Below are positions 22,891 through 49,828 of a DNA stretch of 64,000 bases, one piece after another; the stretch's first letter is position 1, and every line of letters begins with the position of its first letter. The notes under the pieces were generated by a model. That model was not told where the DNA came from. It ran no database searches and worked only from the letters and a program-made list of their open reading frames with translations. Origin of the DNA: Paragordius varius (Eukaryota > Animalia > Nematomorpha); assembly GCA_964247055.1 (NCBI GenBank), contig OZ176050.1, positions 2,108,001-2,172,000 on the forward strand, read 5' to 3'. A program made the translations under genes and the position numbers.

Positions 22891-25252
22891 CCAATAAAAT
22901 ATTTTTAAATTTGTTTGTGCAAAAAATAAGAAAACTGGATACAAATTAAAGTTGAAAAAATTAAGAAATGTCATAGCTCCCATATAACTAGTATAAAAAA
23001 CGTAAAAAATTACTAATTATATAATACAAAAAAAGATAACAAAATCATATGCCATATATATTAAATTTAACATTCTATATATTTTTCAGTTTGATAATTA
23101 AGAGAAATTGAACTTTCTAAACTTGATCAAACATTTACTAAAATATTACAAATTGATTTTGTTAATTTTAAATTTTGAGGCACCTCTTTTTGCGAAAGCC
23201 CTAAGTGAAAGAGTCATTAGCCTATTTGCGGTGGATGAGATTCATAGTTCCGCCATTGTGCGAAAGTCTGTAATCATAAGCGGTTTAACTGATTCAAAAA
23301 CCAATTTTATGTATAGAGCAAAAAATATATTAGCCAAATAAAAATAGGCCAATCTTAGCTTTTTACCGCAAAATAAATCATTTCTTTACAAATTACGGTT
23401 TGGTACGCTATCAAATTCTAAAATAATTTTTTTGTATAAATCCAAGGTTATATTAATATATATTTATAAAAAATTAAAAAAACCTTTTAATTTCAAAACG
23501 CAGTACAAAGTTAGCGCAGTACAGGAGCAGTTTGTTTCCGAAAATCCAATACTTTACTGCGAAAAGCAGCTTATCTAGTCATACAAGCTTTACCTATTTA
23601 TGCAAAAAAATGTTTAATGTTTTTTAAAAATATATAATATTATTGTACGAAAAAAGTCATAAAGGATTATTTTATTATATCCTACATGTTCTATGAAAAG
23701 AATTTGTAGACTATAAAAAATTATTTCATAAATAATACCACATTTGAAGGATAATAGTAATTGTTATTGGACAGTCATAAATAAACTAATAAAGGGCCAG
23801 ATGTATTGTAATTTGAATCAAATATCGAAAAATCCCCTTTAAAATTGCAAAAAAACAGTTTAAAATTATTATTTTAACAAAAAACCATTTGAAAGTCACT
23901 TGTACATTGTAAACGAACTCGCTAAAAATCTTTATATAAATTAATCAATTAATATAAGCAACCCATTCTAAATGCAAAATATATATTTGTTGAAAATTAA
24001 GTTTAAAAAATATAATTACAGCAAAAATGACAAAAATAGTTTTCTAGTGTATAAATAAATAAAAGGCTAATAATCTCGGTCTCATTAGATTATTTTCCAA
24101 AGTTGTAGTGCAATGGCTAAGCATATGATGTTTTGATGTAGAATAGTTAAAAGCAAATCCTGCCAGGAAACTAATCGAAAAGAAAAAAATATATTTTTTC
24201 AATACATCATAAAAAATAATCTATATTCTGCTCATCGTTGTAACGATTATTCGTGTATCCGTAAAACTAATTAGAATAAAATAAGGAAAAAATGACAAAA
24301 AGGGATATTCCAACCATTTTTCACTAACAGAATTTCGTAAACTATCTCTCAACTAGATTTTTATCCAATTACTATTGTAACCATTTTTATAAATTTCTCT
24401 CGAACGTACTTAAATTTATTTTAAATACATTTTTTTTAATTAAATAGATTATATACGTTTATAACCCGAGAAAACTCTATAAATCATTTATAAAATTTGG
24501 TTTCTCTTTTTCGTCATATTAAATATTTTTTTTTAAAAATGAAAAATTTTTTGTAATAAACTGATCCCTAAACTAGGAAAACAGTTAATACCAAATATTA
24601 ATTATCAATTCTATAGTTTAATTTGATTCGCTGATGGCATAAACTGCACCATCATATCGCTGAATAACAAGAACTTTATATATATATATATATATATTCA
24701 GTGCAATTTTTCTGTTTCCAACAAGATTGGTATTGAATTGATTTAAGCGTGATGTAAATATCAGAAAAAGTATGATGGTTTTTATTTTTTGAATAAATTA
24801 ATTACCTCGGAAAAAACACAAAATCAATTAATAAAATATTAAAATACAACTATCGATGAACAACAATTTTTTTATTTTACTTTATAATTAATGTCGTTTT
24901 TGTAAAAAAATAACACTTTATAATTAAAAACTAATAATTAAAAAGTTTTGGCCTTGATCGTGCTCTTATTGTGAAGCATGCATTATATATGTTATATTTT
25001 TTACGTTTTGTTTATCAACAGTTAAAGAAAACCGCAAATGTGATGTAAATAATAATATTATTTTAGTAGTATAAGTAATACATTAACTACTAGGGAAAGT
25101 GATAACATAAAAAAACAATGTATGAAAAATAGTTATTTATAATTTTAATTATTATAGTTACCATCATCAATATATTTTATTCAAAGTCTACTCTATATTC
25201 TGATTGAGAAAGTTATTCGACAAATACGTAGACAAATCCTTAGTATTCCGGA

Positions 25253-28165
25253 ATGGACCTACTAAATGCCGTCAAAGGCAATGAAATGGACCTTTTCAAA
25301 ACTGTCATCAAACAGATTGGAAAAGGGGGTGGATCCAATCTTCTCAACGCAGTCGATGAGAATAACAATACACCATTAAAGTACCCTTTTTTATGACACA
25401 AAACATATAATATAGTTTAGCTGCACAGATTGGGAGTCAGAAAATGGTGAAAGCTCTCTTATCTAAGGGAGCCGATGCCAACGTTGCAAATAATGTAGGG
25501 AAAACTCCTTTATCCTATGCTGCTCAAAAAGGTTTGATTAAAAAAATATAATTTTGAAATACTACTTAATCAATACATTAGTTTTATTGAAATTAATATT
25601 TTTGTTTTACCACCCCCTAATTGTATTTTCTCCAAATTTTGAATTAGCTCTAATAAATTCTACATTTATGATGATCTCACTTTTTTATTTCAAATGTCTA
25701 TTTCAGTTACGTGTTAAAATATAAATATTTTAGCACCTTAGTCAATAAACGCTTCTCAGTTTTTTCCTTTGGAATTAAAAATCGATAATTCTCAGGTGTA
25801 GCCTTATCCATCAATGCTATATTTAAAATACTCATAAAACCTTGATTTTAATTGTTTTTATAAAGCCTTACTTTTAATTTATATACCCGTAAAATACAGA
25901 TTATTTTCTATTTGCAATAAATTTATAATCGGAAAGCGGATAAATGTATATAATATAATATTATTCTTAATTTTTTAAGTTAAAATTAAGCATAAATACT
26001 AATGGCCATTTATTTATATCGCTATAAAAATAACAGCATACATGGTTAATTATATCAAAAAATATATTTTAAACAATCATTAAACAAATGGGTTTTTAAC
26101 CATTACTGTCTTTACGTATTCAAACCTAATGCTCTTATGCTATTATTTATGCTGTTGTTTAGGTTAATCCAAATATCAGATAAAAAATAAAATATCCCCT
26201 TTAAAATATAAGATAAAACAAAAACTAGCAATTAGATCCGATCTGATTTCGGTTTTATATATTTTAGAAAACGATCCTGGGCAAAATCCCACCATATTTT
26301 AAGCATATATTTTGCCAAGCATCTTTTGTTTTGGTTTTACTGTTTTCTATTTCTATAATATCGGTTAAATATTTATAAAGTAATAAATGATTTTTAAAAT
26401 ACGGAAATTTTTTTGGTATCAGTGAAACCTAGAGCATATTTTTTTGTAAAAAATACTTTAAATTGTTTTATAAACCAGAGATAAATAAATTGTCTAGTGG
26501 CGGTTTCATCCGATCCATTTTTATTTTGTTATCAGGATTGAAACTCAAACCGTTTTAGGTGTCAAAAAGTTATTGGTTCACTTCCATAAAACCGGTTTTG
26601 ATTTTAATACATAAAATATATTTATTTATTTGAATTTCAATGTCATTTTATAAGAGTATGACTAAAAATGCATTGTTAGTTTTTCATTATATAACGCCAT
26701 ATATATAGCATATACAGCAAAAAGCATTCTATTGGCTAATAACAAGAAAAAGCGAAAAAGTAAGCTTAGCCAATAAGATGCTTCTTGTTTATGCAATCTG
26801 GCAATATTTAAGGAAAAACTAGCAATGTATTGTTATTAATTTAGAGGGTAAATATAAACTTTTTTGTCGTTCATTTATAAATTAAATATATATCCAATTA
26901 TCAAAGACAGAAAATATGATCCCCAAATTATGCTTATTATCAGTAGTTTATCTTTTAAGTCAGGGCAATCAAAACGTAATTTCTCTTGAAAAAATAAATA
27001 CATTTATCGCATAATGGCTTAAAATGCAAGTGAGTACTTGCATGAGGCAAAAACGCAATAATATAAGTTTTTTAATTTGTTAAGGGATTCATAAAATTAT
27101 TATTTGCTATGTATAAACCATTTAAATTCGAATTTTAGGTGCAATAGACGTAGTTAAATCCTTGATGAAGAGTGGAGCTGACCCAAATCTCAAAGATGTG
27201 AATGGGAGCAGTCCGCTTTTGGATGCAATTCAATCGGGTATTATGCAGACCGTGACAGGCTCTAGCCAACAAAGCAGTACAGGGAACAAAATGATGGATT
27301 CCGTCGTGAAATACCTTATTAAAGGCGGCGCCGATGTTAACACAACAGACAACCATGGTATATAAACCTTATTGTATAAAAATTAAGAATTGGACCTCAT
27401 AATATAATTTGGTTTTCAATGAATTTATGTATATATTTGCCTTGTTTTATAATTTTATATAAATCTTTTATATAACTTAAGATGAAAGAAGTTTATCATG
27501 TCGTTTGATCTCTATAAAAATCCAAAATTTTAAAATAGAACCGATTTTTTTAAAAAATCCGTTCAAATGGTTGCTTAAAATTGGATTGCTATAGGTATTC
27601 ATAATAGGCATAAATAATTATAATTTTTAATGCACACCTTCAACTGTTAACAGAATTTCAAAAATAATTATCAAATACAATATGGATGCTACATATTTAT
27701 CAATAACATACATTAAATTTTGCTAAATGAACTTAGATTTATAAACGATTCTTGGGTGGCAAAATAAAACTGATATCAGTTAAAAAGTTTTCAATATTGC
27801 TCATTAATACAAACAAGAGGGGTACTAATGCATTTTAAATTTTGACAACATTTTAGTTATTCATTATGAATAGTTTCTTATTTTTAGGTAATTCACCCTT
27901 AACCTTGGCCGCCAAGGGCGGAGCTCTTGATACGGTAAAAATGCTGTGTGCAAAAGGTGCCGATCTTCTAAAACCAGATGCATCCGGTAAAACACCCCTC
28001 CAATACGCACAAGAAGGTAATTACGGGGAAGTTGCCAACATTATTGGAGGTTTGGCCCAAGGCTCAATGAATATTAAGGATTTAATGTCAGGACCTGGAG
28101 GCAACCTGGTCAGTAGTTTGATGGGGGGCAACAAGGGACTCTTAGATAAATGCACAATTCTATAA
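25253..28165 (+). CDS. Ankyrin-repeat protein, 246 aa, with C-terminal CaaX (CTIL). Exons 25253-25380, 25416-25531, 27139-27357, 27888-28165
   Basis: Repeated TPL..AA..G....V..LL..GAD.N motifs; 741 nt in phase with GT-AG junctions. Confidence 0.88.
26670..26828. repeat. Small hairpin/MITE-like element in ankyrin-gene intron 2
   Basis: Nested stems gcattgttagtttttc / gaaaaactagcaatgt and gcattctattggctaa / ttagccaataagatgc. Confidence 0.55.
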
Positions 28166-29879
28166 CCAAAATTATTATAATTATCAATTTTCCTCTCTCT
28201 CTACATATATCATATGCTTTACAGTATTTATTCGAACAAACTGTAATTACATTTAACGAACCATAAATTAAAATTATGTGAAATTAGTTACTAAAGTATT
28301 TGGTGGGAAATCGTATATAGCATGTAATATCCTATAAAAGGAGTATGCACCAAAAATTTAAGCGCCTTAACATTTTACAGACACCATGTGGTGGTTTCTT
28401 ATTTTATATGGACTGGTATAAGTGAAAAACTGCCTTGATTAAGATGGAAAAATTTTGAATTATTGCATTTCATATTATAAAAAGATCCTGTTTTATATTT
28501 AATACATATTAATTAAAGAAGCGAATATTTAAATCCAAAATGAATAATGTGGCATATAGGTCAAAACTCCCTAATGAATAATAGACAAATAACTATCTTC
28601 ATGTATTCTATGTGCATAAAAAAGGGGGTATAATATCCCTTTAAAATATATATTTAAACATAGTACCAGGATTCTTATGGTGATTTTGGTTTTTTTCTGG
28701 TGTACAATAAAAACTAAAATAGATAAATAAAAAAAATATTTTTTTAAAAAACAACAACCATACAAAATACCTTAAAATATTATTAATTATAATTTTATAA
28801 TATATAAATGATTATGTCAATTTAAATAAATTTTAGGGTACAACACATTGATAAATTTTTGGTTTTTTAAATTTATTTTAAGCGCCTATTTCGGATGATA
28901 TATCTTTTTTTAATCGTAAATTTTTGAATTTTTTAGAGCACTTTTATGTACCGAAAAAAAGCGTGTTGGATATCCATATTTTATTTCATACTTTGCAAAC
29001 ATTGAGTTATAATTCAAAAAAATTCAAGTTTATAAAAGTACAGCAATTTTTTGAAAAAATATTTTTCTTTATTTTTATCCGTTTTGTCTAAATAATATCA
29101 TTTCTGTAATATATATTCATAATGATGTTGGCTCCTAATGTCTCAAATTTTTTGCCCGTCCGAAATGGGCTAGTTTTTTATGAATAAAAATATCAAAATT
29201 TTGAGATAAAAATTGTAATATATGGTAAGTATAAGATTAAAAAATTATTTTTTAAATATATGCTTTGTTATATTTTTACAAACAGTATTTATGGTATTTT
29301 GAAACATAATAAAACGGTAGAAAAACACCTTAAGATATGATAAAAACGTTTTTTATTCACTAAGGTTTCTATCACCTCAGAATTATTTTTGAACGTTCTC
29401 TAATCAAAAACACATTTTATGTTTAAGTTAAATTTGAATATAATCGAATTCTTTGAGATGTTGGAAATGTTGGGCATCATCGCATAGCAAAATCTTTTTT
29501 AATATCTCTCACTGTTGTTACCGTTTTTACCAGTCTGAAATATCATTCTTCTTTATAATTTGGCTAAGAATTTTCTCCAAGCAAAGTATCCATCCATTTT
29601 TACAAAATATTGATACTGTATATCACAACTTATCGTAAAATCTTAGATTTTCATTAACATAGAGAAACATAGCCCACAATAAAGGGGTCAAAAATGAGAC
29701 CAATGTTAGATTAAAAGCGTAAGCTCTTGCATTTTATAAGAAATATTAATCATCATAAATTCCTAGAGATTTGTTAAAATTAAAGTGGCGAAACTGAAAA
29801 ATATTGCAAGTTTTTGTCGGAGGATATAATTCATATATAGTAATAATTTAAAGGTAGTAAACTTGCATCAATCTTTTGA

Positions 29880-30270
29880 CACAATTAAAGTTTAATCAAC
29901 TCCTTTAAAAAATAGATGAATCCTAAAACATACAAGTAAAATCTAAAGTTTTCTAGAGAACTAGGTGTGCATTTTATTGAATTAATTTTAATTTTTTTTT
30001 GATGTTATGAGGATTAATATATTTCCTTTTTGTAATAATCAAAATTTATACAGTTAACTGTAAATTGGTGGGCATAAAGTCAATATTTAAATAATATATA
30101 GGCTTGAGTAAATCAATCTTTTGAAAATCAAGTTTATTATCCTTTAAAAAATAGATATATTGGACACACATGTAAAACCAAATTGTTCTAAAAAGAACTG
30201 CGAGCGCATACATTTTTAACTATATTCTTTTTTTGTCAAAATTTTGGGGCTTACATCTATTTAAAAATTA
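29880..30270. repeat. Diverged direct duplication, period about 240 bp
   Basis: cctttaaaaaatagat...ca(a/t)gtaaaa...gttct...agaact occurs at about 29900 and about 30140. Confidence 0.55.
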
Positions 30271-31331
30271 AAAAAATACTTTCTTTTTTTAAGTATAGTA
30301 TATAATATATAGTAACGATTGTTTTTAGGCTTTTAGTTATCACCAAAAAATCAACAAAATTTTGCCTTTTTTCGATATTAAGCTACCACAAAAGTCTATT
30401 TTTAAGACTCGTAAGGACCAAAACCAAAAGGAATATGAGAATCCTGCATTATAAAACTTACAACTTATAGTTTTTTGCACTGTGTATATAATTAAAAAGT
30501 GCAAATATCATTAAATTCTACAAATTTATTTTATTTTTTTCATAACTTGTTTAACATTCATCAAAAAATTTGACAAATTTTTTAGCTAAAAAATGGCGTA
30601 ATTCAAAAAAAAACAACTAAATAAAATGTATAAGAAACATTCAAAGTGCATTTTAAGCGTTATTACAAAATATAAGATGTATGATGTGCATAAAATATAT
30701 TATAATTATAATTTTTTAATTTTAAGAAACATAATATGAATGATGGTATTGATATTGATATTATAAATAAAAATTGAGGAAAGGAAGGAAGTGTAAAACA
30801 ACTAATACTTGGACAAATAAAATTATTAATTTTTCATTTGTAATTTGCCTCCAAAATTCCACAATGGGGATTCTTAAGGTCAAATTTGACATATATTTTT
30901 TTAATTATAATTGATGTATATATTTTGGGGCAAAACGATTCGTATTATATAGTGTATCGTGAAAACATTCGCAAAAGGTATATTTTTCGAGTTACACAAC
31001 TAAAAACTATTTTTATAAATAAGATTTGGACATTAAATTAAGCTAGATAAAATGATTATAATTTTTTGAACTTTAAGTTAAAATAGATCGTGTAAATTAG
31101 TCAAGACAAGGCGCATTTTATATAAGGGGATATGGTGCAAAAGTTAAAATGATTGTTTTTTTATTTTTTAACACTCTTTTTCAACAAATGACATATGTTA
31201 GAATAAAAAAACGAAAAATTGAATAAGGAAGCATAAATGTTCAAATATATAATAAAAATTATTAAAGTTTATAAATGAATGTATAAATACAAATATCCCT
31301 AAAATTAAAATTCACGTTAAAAACTACTGTT

Positions 31332-44761
<13,430 letters not shown>

Positions 44762-44854
44762 TTTAATTAATTTTTTCCAAGGATAAATGCCTCATTTCAA
44801 AAAATATCACTAAATATATCATAAATTACCTATAAAAAGCAAAACAATATTTTT

Positions 44855-45500
44855 AAAAAAATTTAATTTTTAGATGTAGGCTCCAAAAGTCCCAATTTTT
44901 TGGTCTTCTCAAATCAGCTAGTTCTCCTAAAATAAACGCAAATATGTCTAGATTGCGCGATAAAAATATTAAATATTTGCAAAATTTGATATCAACCAAA
45001 ATATTTAAAACCAATGCCTCCTTATTATAAATATTTATTATTTGGCAAAATATTTCTCCATACTTCATTTCTAATTGATAATGCTTATCATTTCTACACC
45101 TCGGAATTTGATTAAAATATTTAGTCTTCAAATTTATGATAAATAAAATTTTGTTTTTTACAAAATTCAGCAATATTATAACGTAAAACCTTTTAATTAA
45201 ATTTCTGAAGCGATAGAAAATTTCAGCATCATCAAATTGTATAGAGAAAGTTTATAATAAAAGCGTTTCATACCGTTTCCATCCTTCAAAATAGTGTGAA
45301 GTACGCTTCAAGAAAATTTTGCTAAAAATTTAATTTTTGTAAAAAGTAGTTTTTAAAAGAATATTTTTTAATGTCAAAATTTAAGATATTTTTAGAATTT
45401 TTATCGCGCGATTCTGATATTTTTGCATTTATTTTAAGAGACTTGTCCATTGAGCAAAAATATTCGGGACGTTGGGAACCTATTCATATAAAAATTTTTA
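44855..45500. mobile_element. MITE/foldback with ~140 bp imperfect terminal inverted repeats; a related end lies at about 21610-21690
   Basis: taggctccaaaagtccc...ttgcgcgataaaaat versus atttttatcgcgcga...gggacgttgggaaccta. Confidence 0.65.
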
Positions 45501-47039
45501 ATGTCTTGCTTTTTATAGGTAGTTTAGGATATATATTAACAATATTTGTTGGGATGAAGATAAAAGATAGGGATCCGGAATCTGACACCGTTTGTTATGT
45601 GAGATTGACCCCGAAAATAGGCATGTAGTATCATTGTGTGTCCTAGCCCTTATCATGCATTATATACATTGATTTTGGCCCGAATTTTTATTGATATCCA
45701 ACTAGGTTTCAAAAGGATTTACACTTGTTGCCAACATAAATTATTTAAAATGGTTAATAATTAATCATTACCCTTATTGATAAAGTTATAAATAAAACTT
45801 ATCACTACAGTAATAATTGTTAATTAAATATGACCATATCTTAAAATTATATTATATCATTATTTAAATAAAGACTTGCCATTAAATGGCGGTTTTGATC
45901 TGACTATTTCTATATTTAAATTTGACGTTTTAGACCTTTGTGTTATTGTGTTTACACCATTAGTATAGGGTCTACCGGATAATTGGCTGGAATTTCTATC
46001 AAATAATTTTTTATGATTTCAAAAATATGCGTGTCTTCTCGCCTTTCAACATGATCTGATAAATGTAATTGGATATTTCTGGTAATAAAGGTAATAGGAT
46101 TCATATAAGGGATAAATTTTTAGTTTCGGCATACATACCTGGATGGAATGTACGCCTAAATATTAATTAAAAATTTCATGTATTAAATAAAAGTGGATAC
46201 AAAACCTTAAGAATATAGAATTAAAATATATTGCTAAGAGTCAAAAAGTATTAAAAAAATATTAAAAATCGAAAAAGGCTAATGTATGGTGTGTGGTGTG
46301 ATATCCCGGCGGCTTGGAAAAGCTCTGCAAAAATCCACAAGGCATTCCTTTAATTATGCCAGATATTACAAAGGTATACAATAATGAGGTGATTAGAACC
46401 CGGTAGGAGAGACTCGCAATATAACGTAGTTAACTTCAGCAAATCCACAGAAATCATGTCAAATTAACCAATTTACAGAACGAATTAGACAAATTTGACC
46501 ATTAAATCGGATAACAAGATTAGATAAGTTCAAATGGTCATATTATAGTTCATAAAAGTATAGTAAAATATCCATCATACAGGTAAAAGTGGCTGCCCAA
46601 CATTCATCTTAAATTATACCGTCAAATTATTTTCAAAATAAATAATATCCCCTAGATATAAATAACACATTTTTCGCAAGAATCAACCAAAGAGAAAACC
46701 CTAATAACTACTAAAAATAACCAAAACTAACAAAATAAATATAGTCTATCTGGAAGCTGAAGGTTTAAATTTCAAAATGCCTCTAAGTATTTTTTATTAT
46801 AAATATGTTTAAAATTAGCTTTAAAAAAACACTAATTTTAACGTTTATACATATTTATATTTAAAGATAGAGTTTTAAACGCTTTATTAAATAATACCAA
46901 TTTTATAATATAACTAGCGTAAATCTCATGCTGCTACGCGGCCCGAGGAAGTCCTTCGGACTTCGGGGGGGGGGGGGCGCTATTTGAAAAAAGGGATTAA
47001 TAAAATGATCCATATATGTGGATTGTTTCGAAACATTAT

Positions 47040-49600
47040 TTAATAGCTATGATCTCATAGGATTTTCTACATGTTGCATTCATACTAATAAATTGTATAC
47101 TGGTGTAAAGGCCACAAATTGGCGGCTAACGGAAAAAACCGCTATGCTATTATTTTTACCTTTTTATGCGTAATATATAAAGCCTTTATTGAACTCGTAT
47201 GGCTCCTTAAGTTTTTTGAAAATTATCTCCAAAGCCACGCCAATTTTGTATAGCGTCTCAGTTTCAAACCGGTGGACCCCTTACCCATAGCCATATATGG
47301 AAGCGCTGAGACCATCGTCTCATGGGTTATTCGAATAAATACCTCAACACTAAATAATCGTTGTATGATGGCGTATTTTTAGGGCATAAAGGCCCCAAAT
47401 TAACGGCTAATTAAAAAAAGGCCTAACCTTAATTTTTACCTAGTTACGGGTAATATTTCGAACTTTAAATGAGCTCATATGGCATAAGTTATCTTCATGA
47501 TAGTTCCAAAACAACGTAATTTCTGTATAGTGGCGCAGTTTTTGGCGGGTAGATCCCTACCCAGAGACTGATACAAAAAAGCGCTTGATTAAAATTTTTT
47601 ATACGAAGAATACTTGGAATCATGATTGATTCCATATGCTCTTATTAGTTTTTGGAAAAATTGCCTTAAAATTAAAAAATCATTCTATGATGGGGCATTT
47701 TTCAGTGCGTGAAAGGCCTAATTAACGGCTGATATTAAAAAACCGCACGATCCTAATTTTTGCCTTGTTACGGGTAATATTAAGCAGCTATTGAATTCAT
47801 ATGGCCTGATAGGTTTTCTGAAACTTAGCCTCAAAAGCACGCTATTTCGACATGACGGGTCACTTTTTCGCGGGTAGCTCCTTACTCAGCAGCTATCATC
47901 AAAGAAACACTTGACTAAAATTTTTGCCTTTTAACAGGGATTACCTGTAATCCTTATTTACGGTCTCATACTTTGGGCGAAAAATAGAATCCAAAAATTA
48001 TTTTTGAGTACTTTGTTTTCTTAAAAAATGGCATTTTACGGGGGAGCGGGTAAATTAAAAATGCGAGACGACTATGTTCGGCGCAATCGAAAAAAAGGTA
48101 AACAAAAATCATATTTGAAATTAAATGGTCCAACACGTTCTCTGGAAAATTGCCTCAGAGACACGATTTTTGTGGATCTTTTGTTTTCAAAAATAAAACC
48201 CGTTTTTTGCACGGGGTGGGCCCGAACTGGGGGCCTTATTCAAAAAAAGGGCGAAGCTATTGTCGGGGCATTTATTAATGATATTTTTTTTCGATATTTG
48301 GATTTGAATGGGTCTACCGGTTTTCCGGAATCAGATCACAAGGCCAACATTTTCCATTTTTATAAATATATAGATTACCATAAATAATGTTTTATCATCC
48401 ATATATTTTTTAACATCCTATGCATATGATAGATAAATAAATAATAAAACAACAAACTAATACGATTTTATGTTTAAAATCAATAAAGTCTGATTGATCA
48501 TTTAATTGTTTCGTTTGAATATTGAGATAGAAATTTTATTTGAAATGATCATAAGATATTTTTGATTTATAAGCAATTTTGTTATGCGGCACGAAGTTTT
48601 AAAATGATTCACATAGTCTCATATTCTGAAATTTGGCTCCAAAGGCATGCTGTATCGATATGATGGCGCAGTTGTGGGCGGGTAGCCCCCTATCCAGAGA
48701 CCAATATAAAAATGTAGTTAGATAAAAAATTTGGCCTTTGTACCTGAAATCATCATTCATCCTAATAGTTTATGGAAAAATGGCTTCAAAACTAAGTAAT
48801 AGTTCAATGATAGCGCATTTTTTAGGGAGTAAAGGGCCTTTTTAACGGTTATTTTAAAAAATCCGCTCAACTTAAATTTTTGACTTTTTACGGGTAATAC
48901 TTATAGCAGCTATTGAGCTCATATGCCCTGATAGGTTTTCTGAAATTTAGCCCCAAAAGCACGCCATTTCGATATGACGGATCACTTTTTCGCGGGTAGC
49001 TCCTTACTCAGTAGCTCATCAAAGAAACGCTTGACTAAATGCCTTTTAACAGGGAATACCTGTAATCCATATTGAATATTTACGGTCTCATACTTTGGGC
49101 GAAAAATAGAATGAAAAAATTATTTTTGTGGACTTTGTTTTTTTAAAATGGCATTTTACGGGGGAGCGGGTAAAAAGAGGGCCTAAATTAAAAATGCTAG
49201 ACGACTATGTTCGGCGCAATCGAAAAAAAGGTAAACAAAAATCACATTTGAAATCGAATGGTCCAACAAGTTCTCCGGAAAATTGTCTCATGGAAACGAT
49301 TTTTGTGGACTTCTGTTATCAAAAAGAACCCGTTTTTACACCGGGTGGGCCCGAACTGGGGGCCTAATTCAAAAAAAGGCGAAGCTATTGTCGGGGCATT
49401 CATTAATAATTACAATTTTTCGATATTTGGATTTGAATGGGTCTACCGGTTTTCCGGAAACAGATCACAAAGCCAGCATTTTCCATTTTATAAATATATA
49501 GATAAGTTTTATTGTAAAGTTATAATTGATTTCCTGTCTATTTTCTCTTGTTTTCGAAAATTAAAAAGCCTGTAATATCTTAAAATTCTGATTGGGGGAA
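47040..49600. repeat. Satellite-like array: ~300-330 bp diverged monomers within a ~1.1 kb higher-order duplication
   Basis: The monomer core ttaacggct...ttacgggtaata...ctcatatg...ggcgggtag recurs at about 47110, 47390, 47715 and 48830. Segments 47715-48370 and 48830-49500 are closely similar. Confidence 0.8.
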
Positions 49601-49828
49601 TCAAATTTTTTTTCAGATTCGGTTTTATATTAAAATCAGTCAAAATTTAAAATTTTGGGTGCGGTGCTCGAAAAAGTCCAAATTTGTCGACTAGTGTAAT
49701 TTTTTGATAAATTATGCATTAATTTATTCGTCTCTCATGTATATTAAATATATTAATTTAATAAAACTTTGGTCTTGATTCTAAACATATCTTTTGGTAT
49801 CATTGATTATAATGGCATATAGAATGAG

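Noticed and set aside
23100-24540. Possible hidden small gene in the PDXDC1-ankyrin spacer, including a putative 20 nt intron near 24355-24374
   Set aside because: No recognisable protein family and no consistent multi-exon frame could be built.
48028-49575. ORFs of 72-119 aa that resemble each other, suggesting a gene family
   Set aside because: They are translations of the duplicated repeat block, broken differently in each copy, with no domain signature.
47040-49600. CRISPR-like array
   Set aside because: Monomers are about 300 bp and homologous throughout, with no unique spacers or cas genes, in a eukaryotic context.
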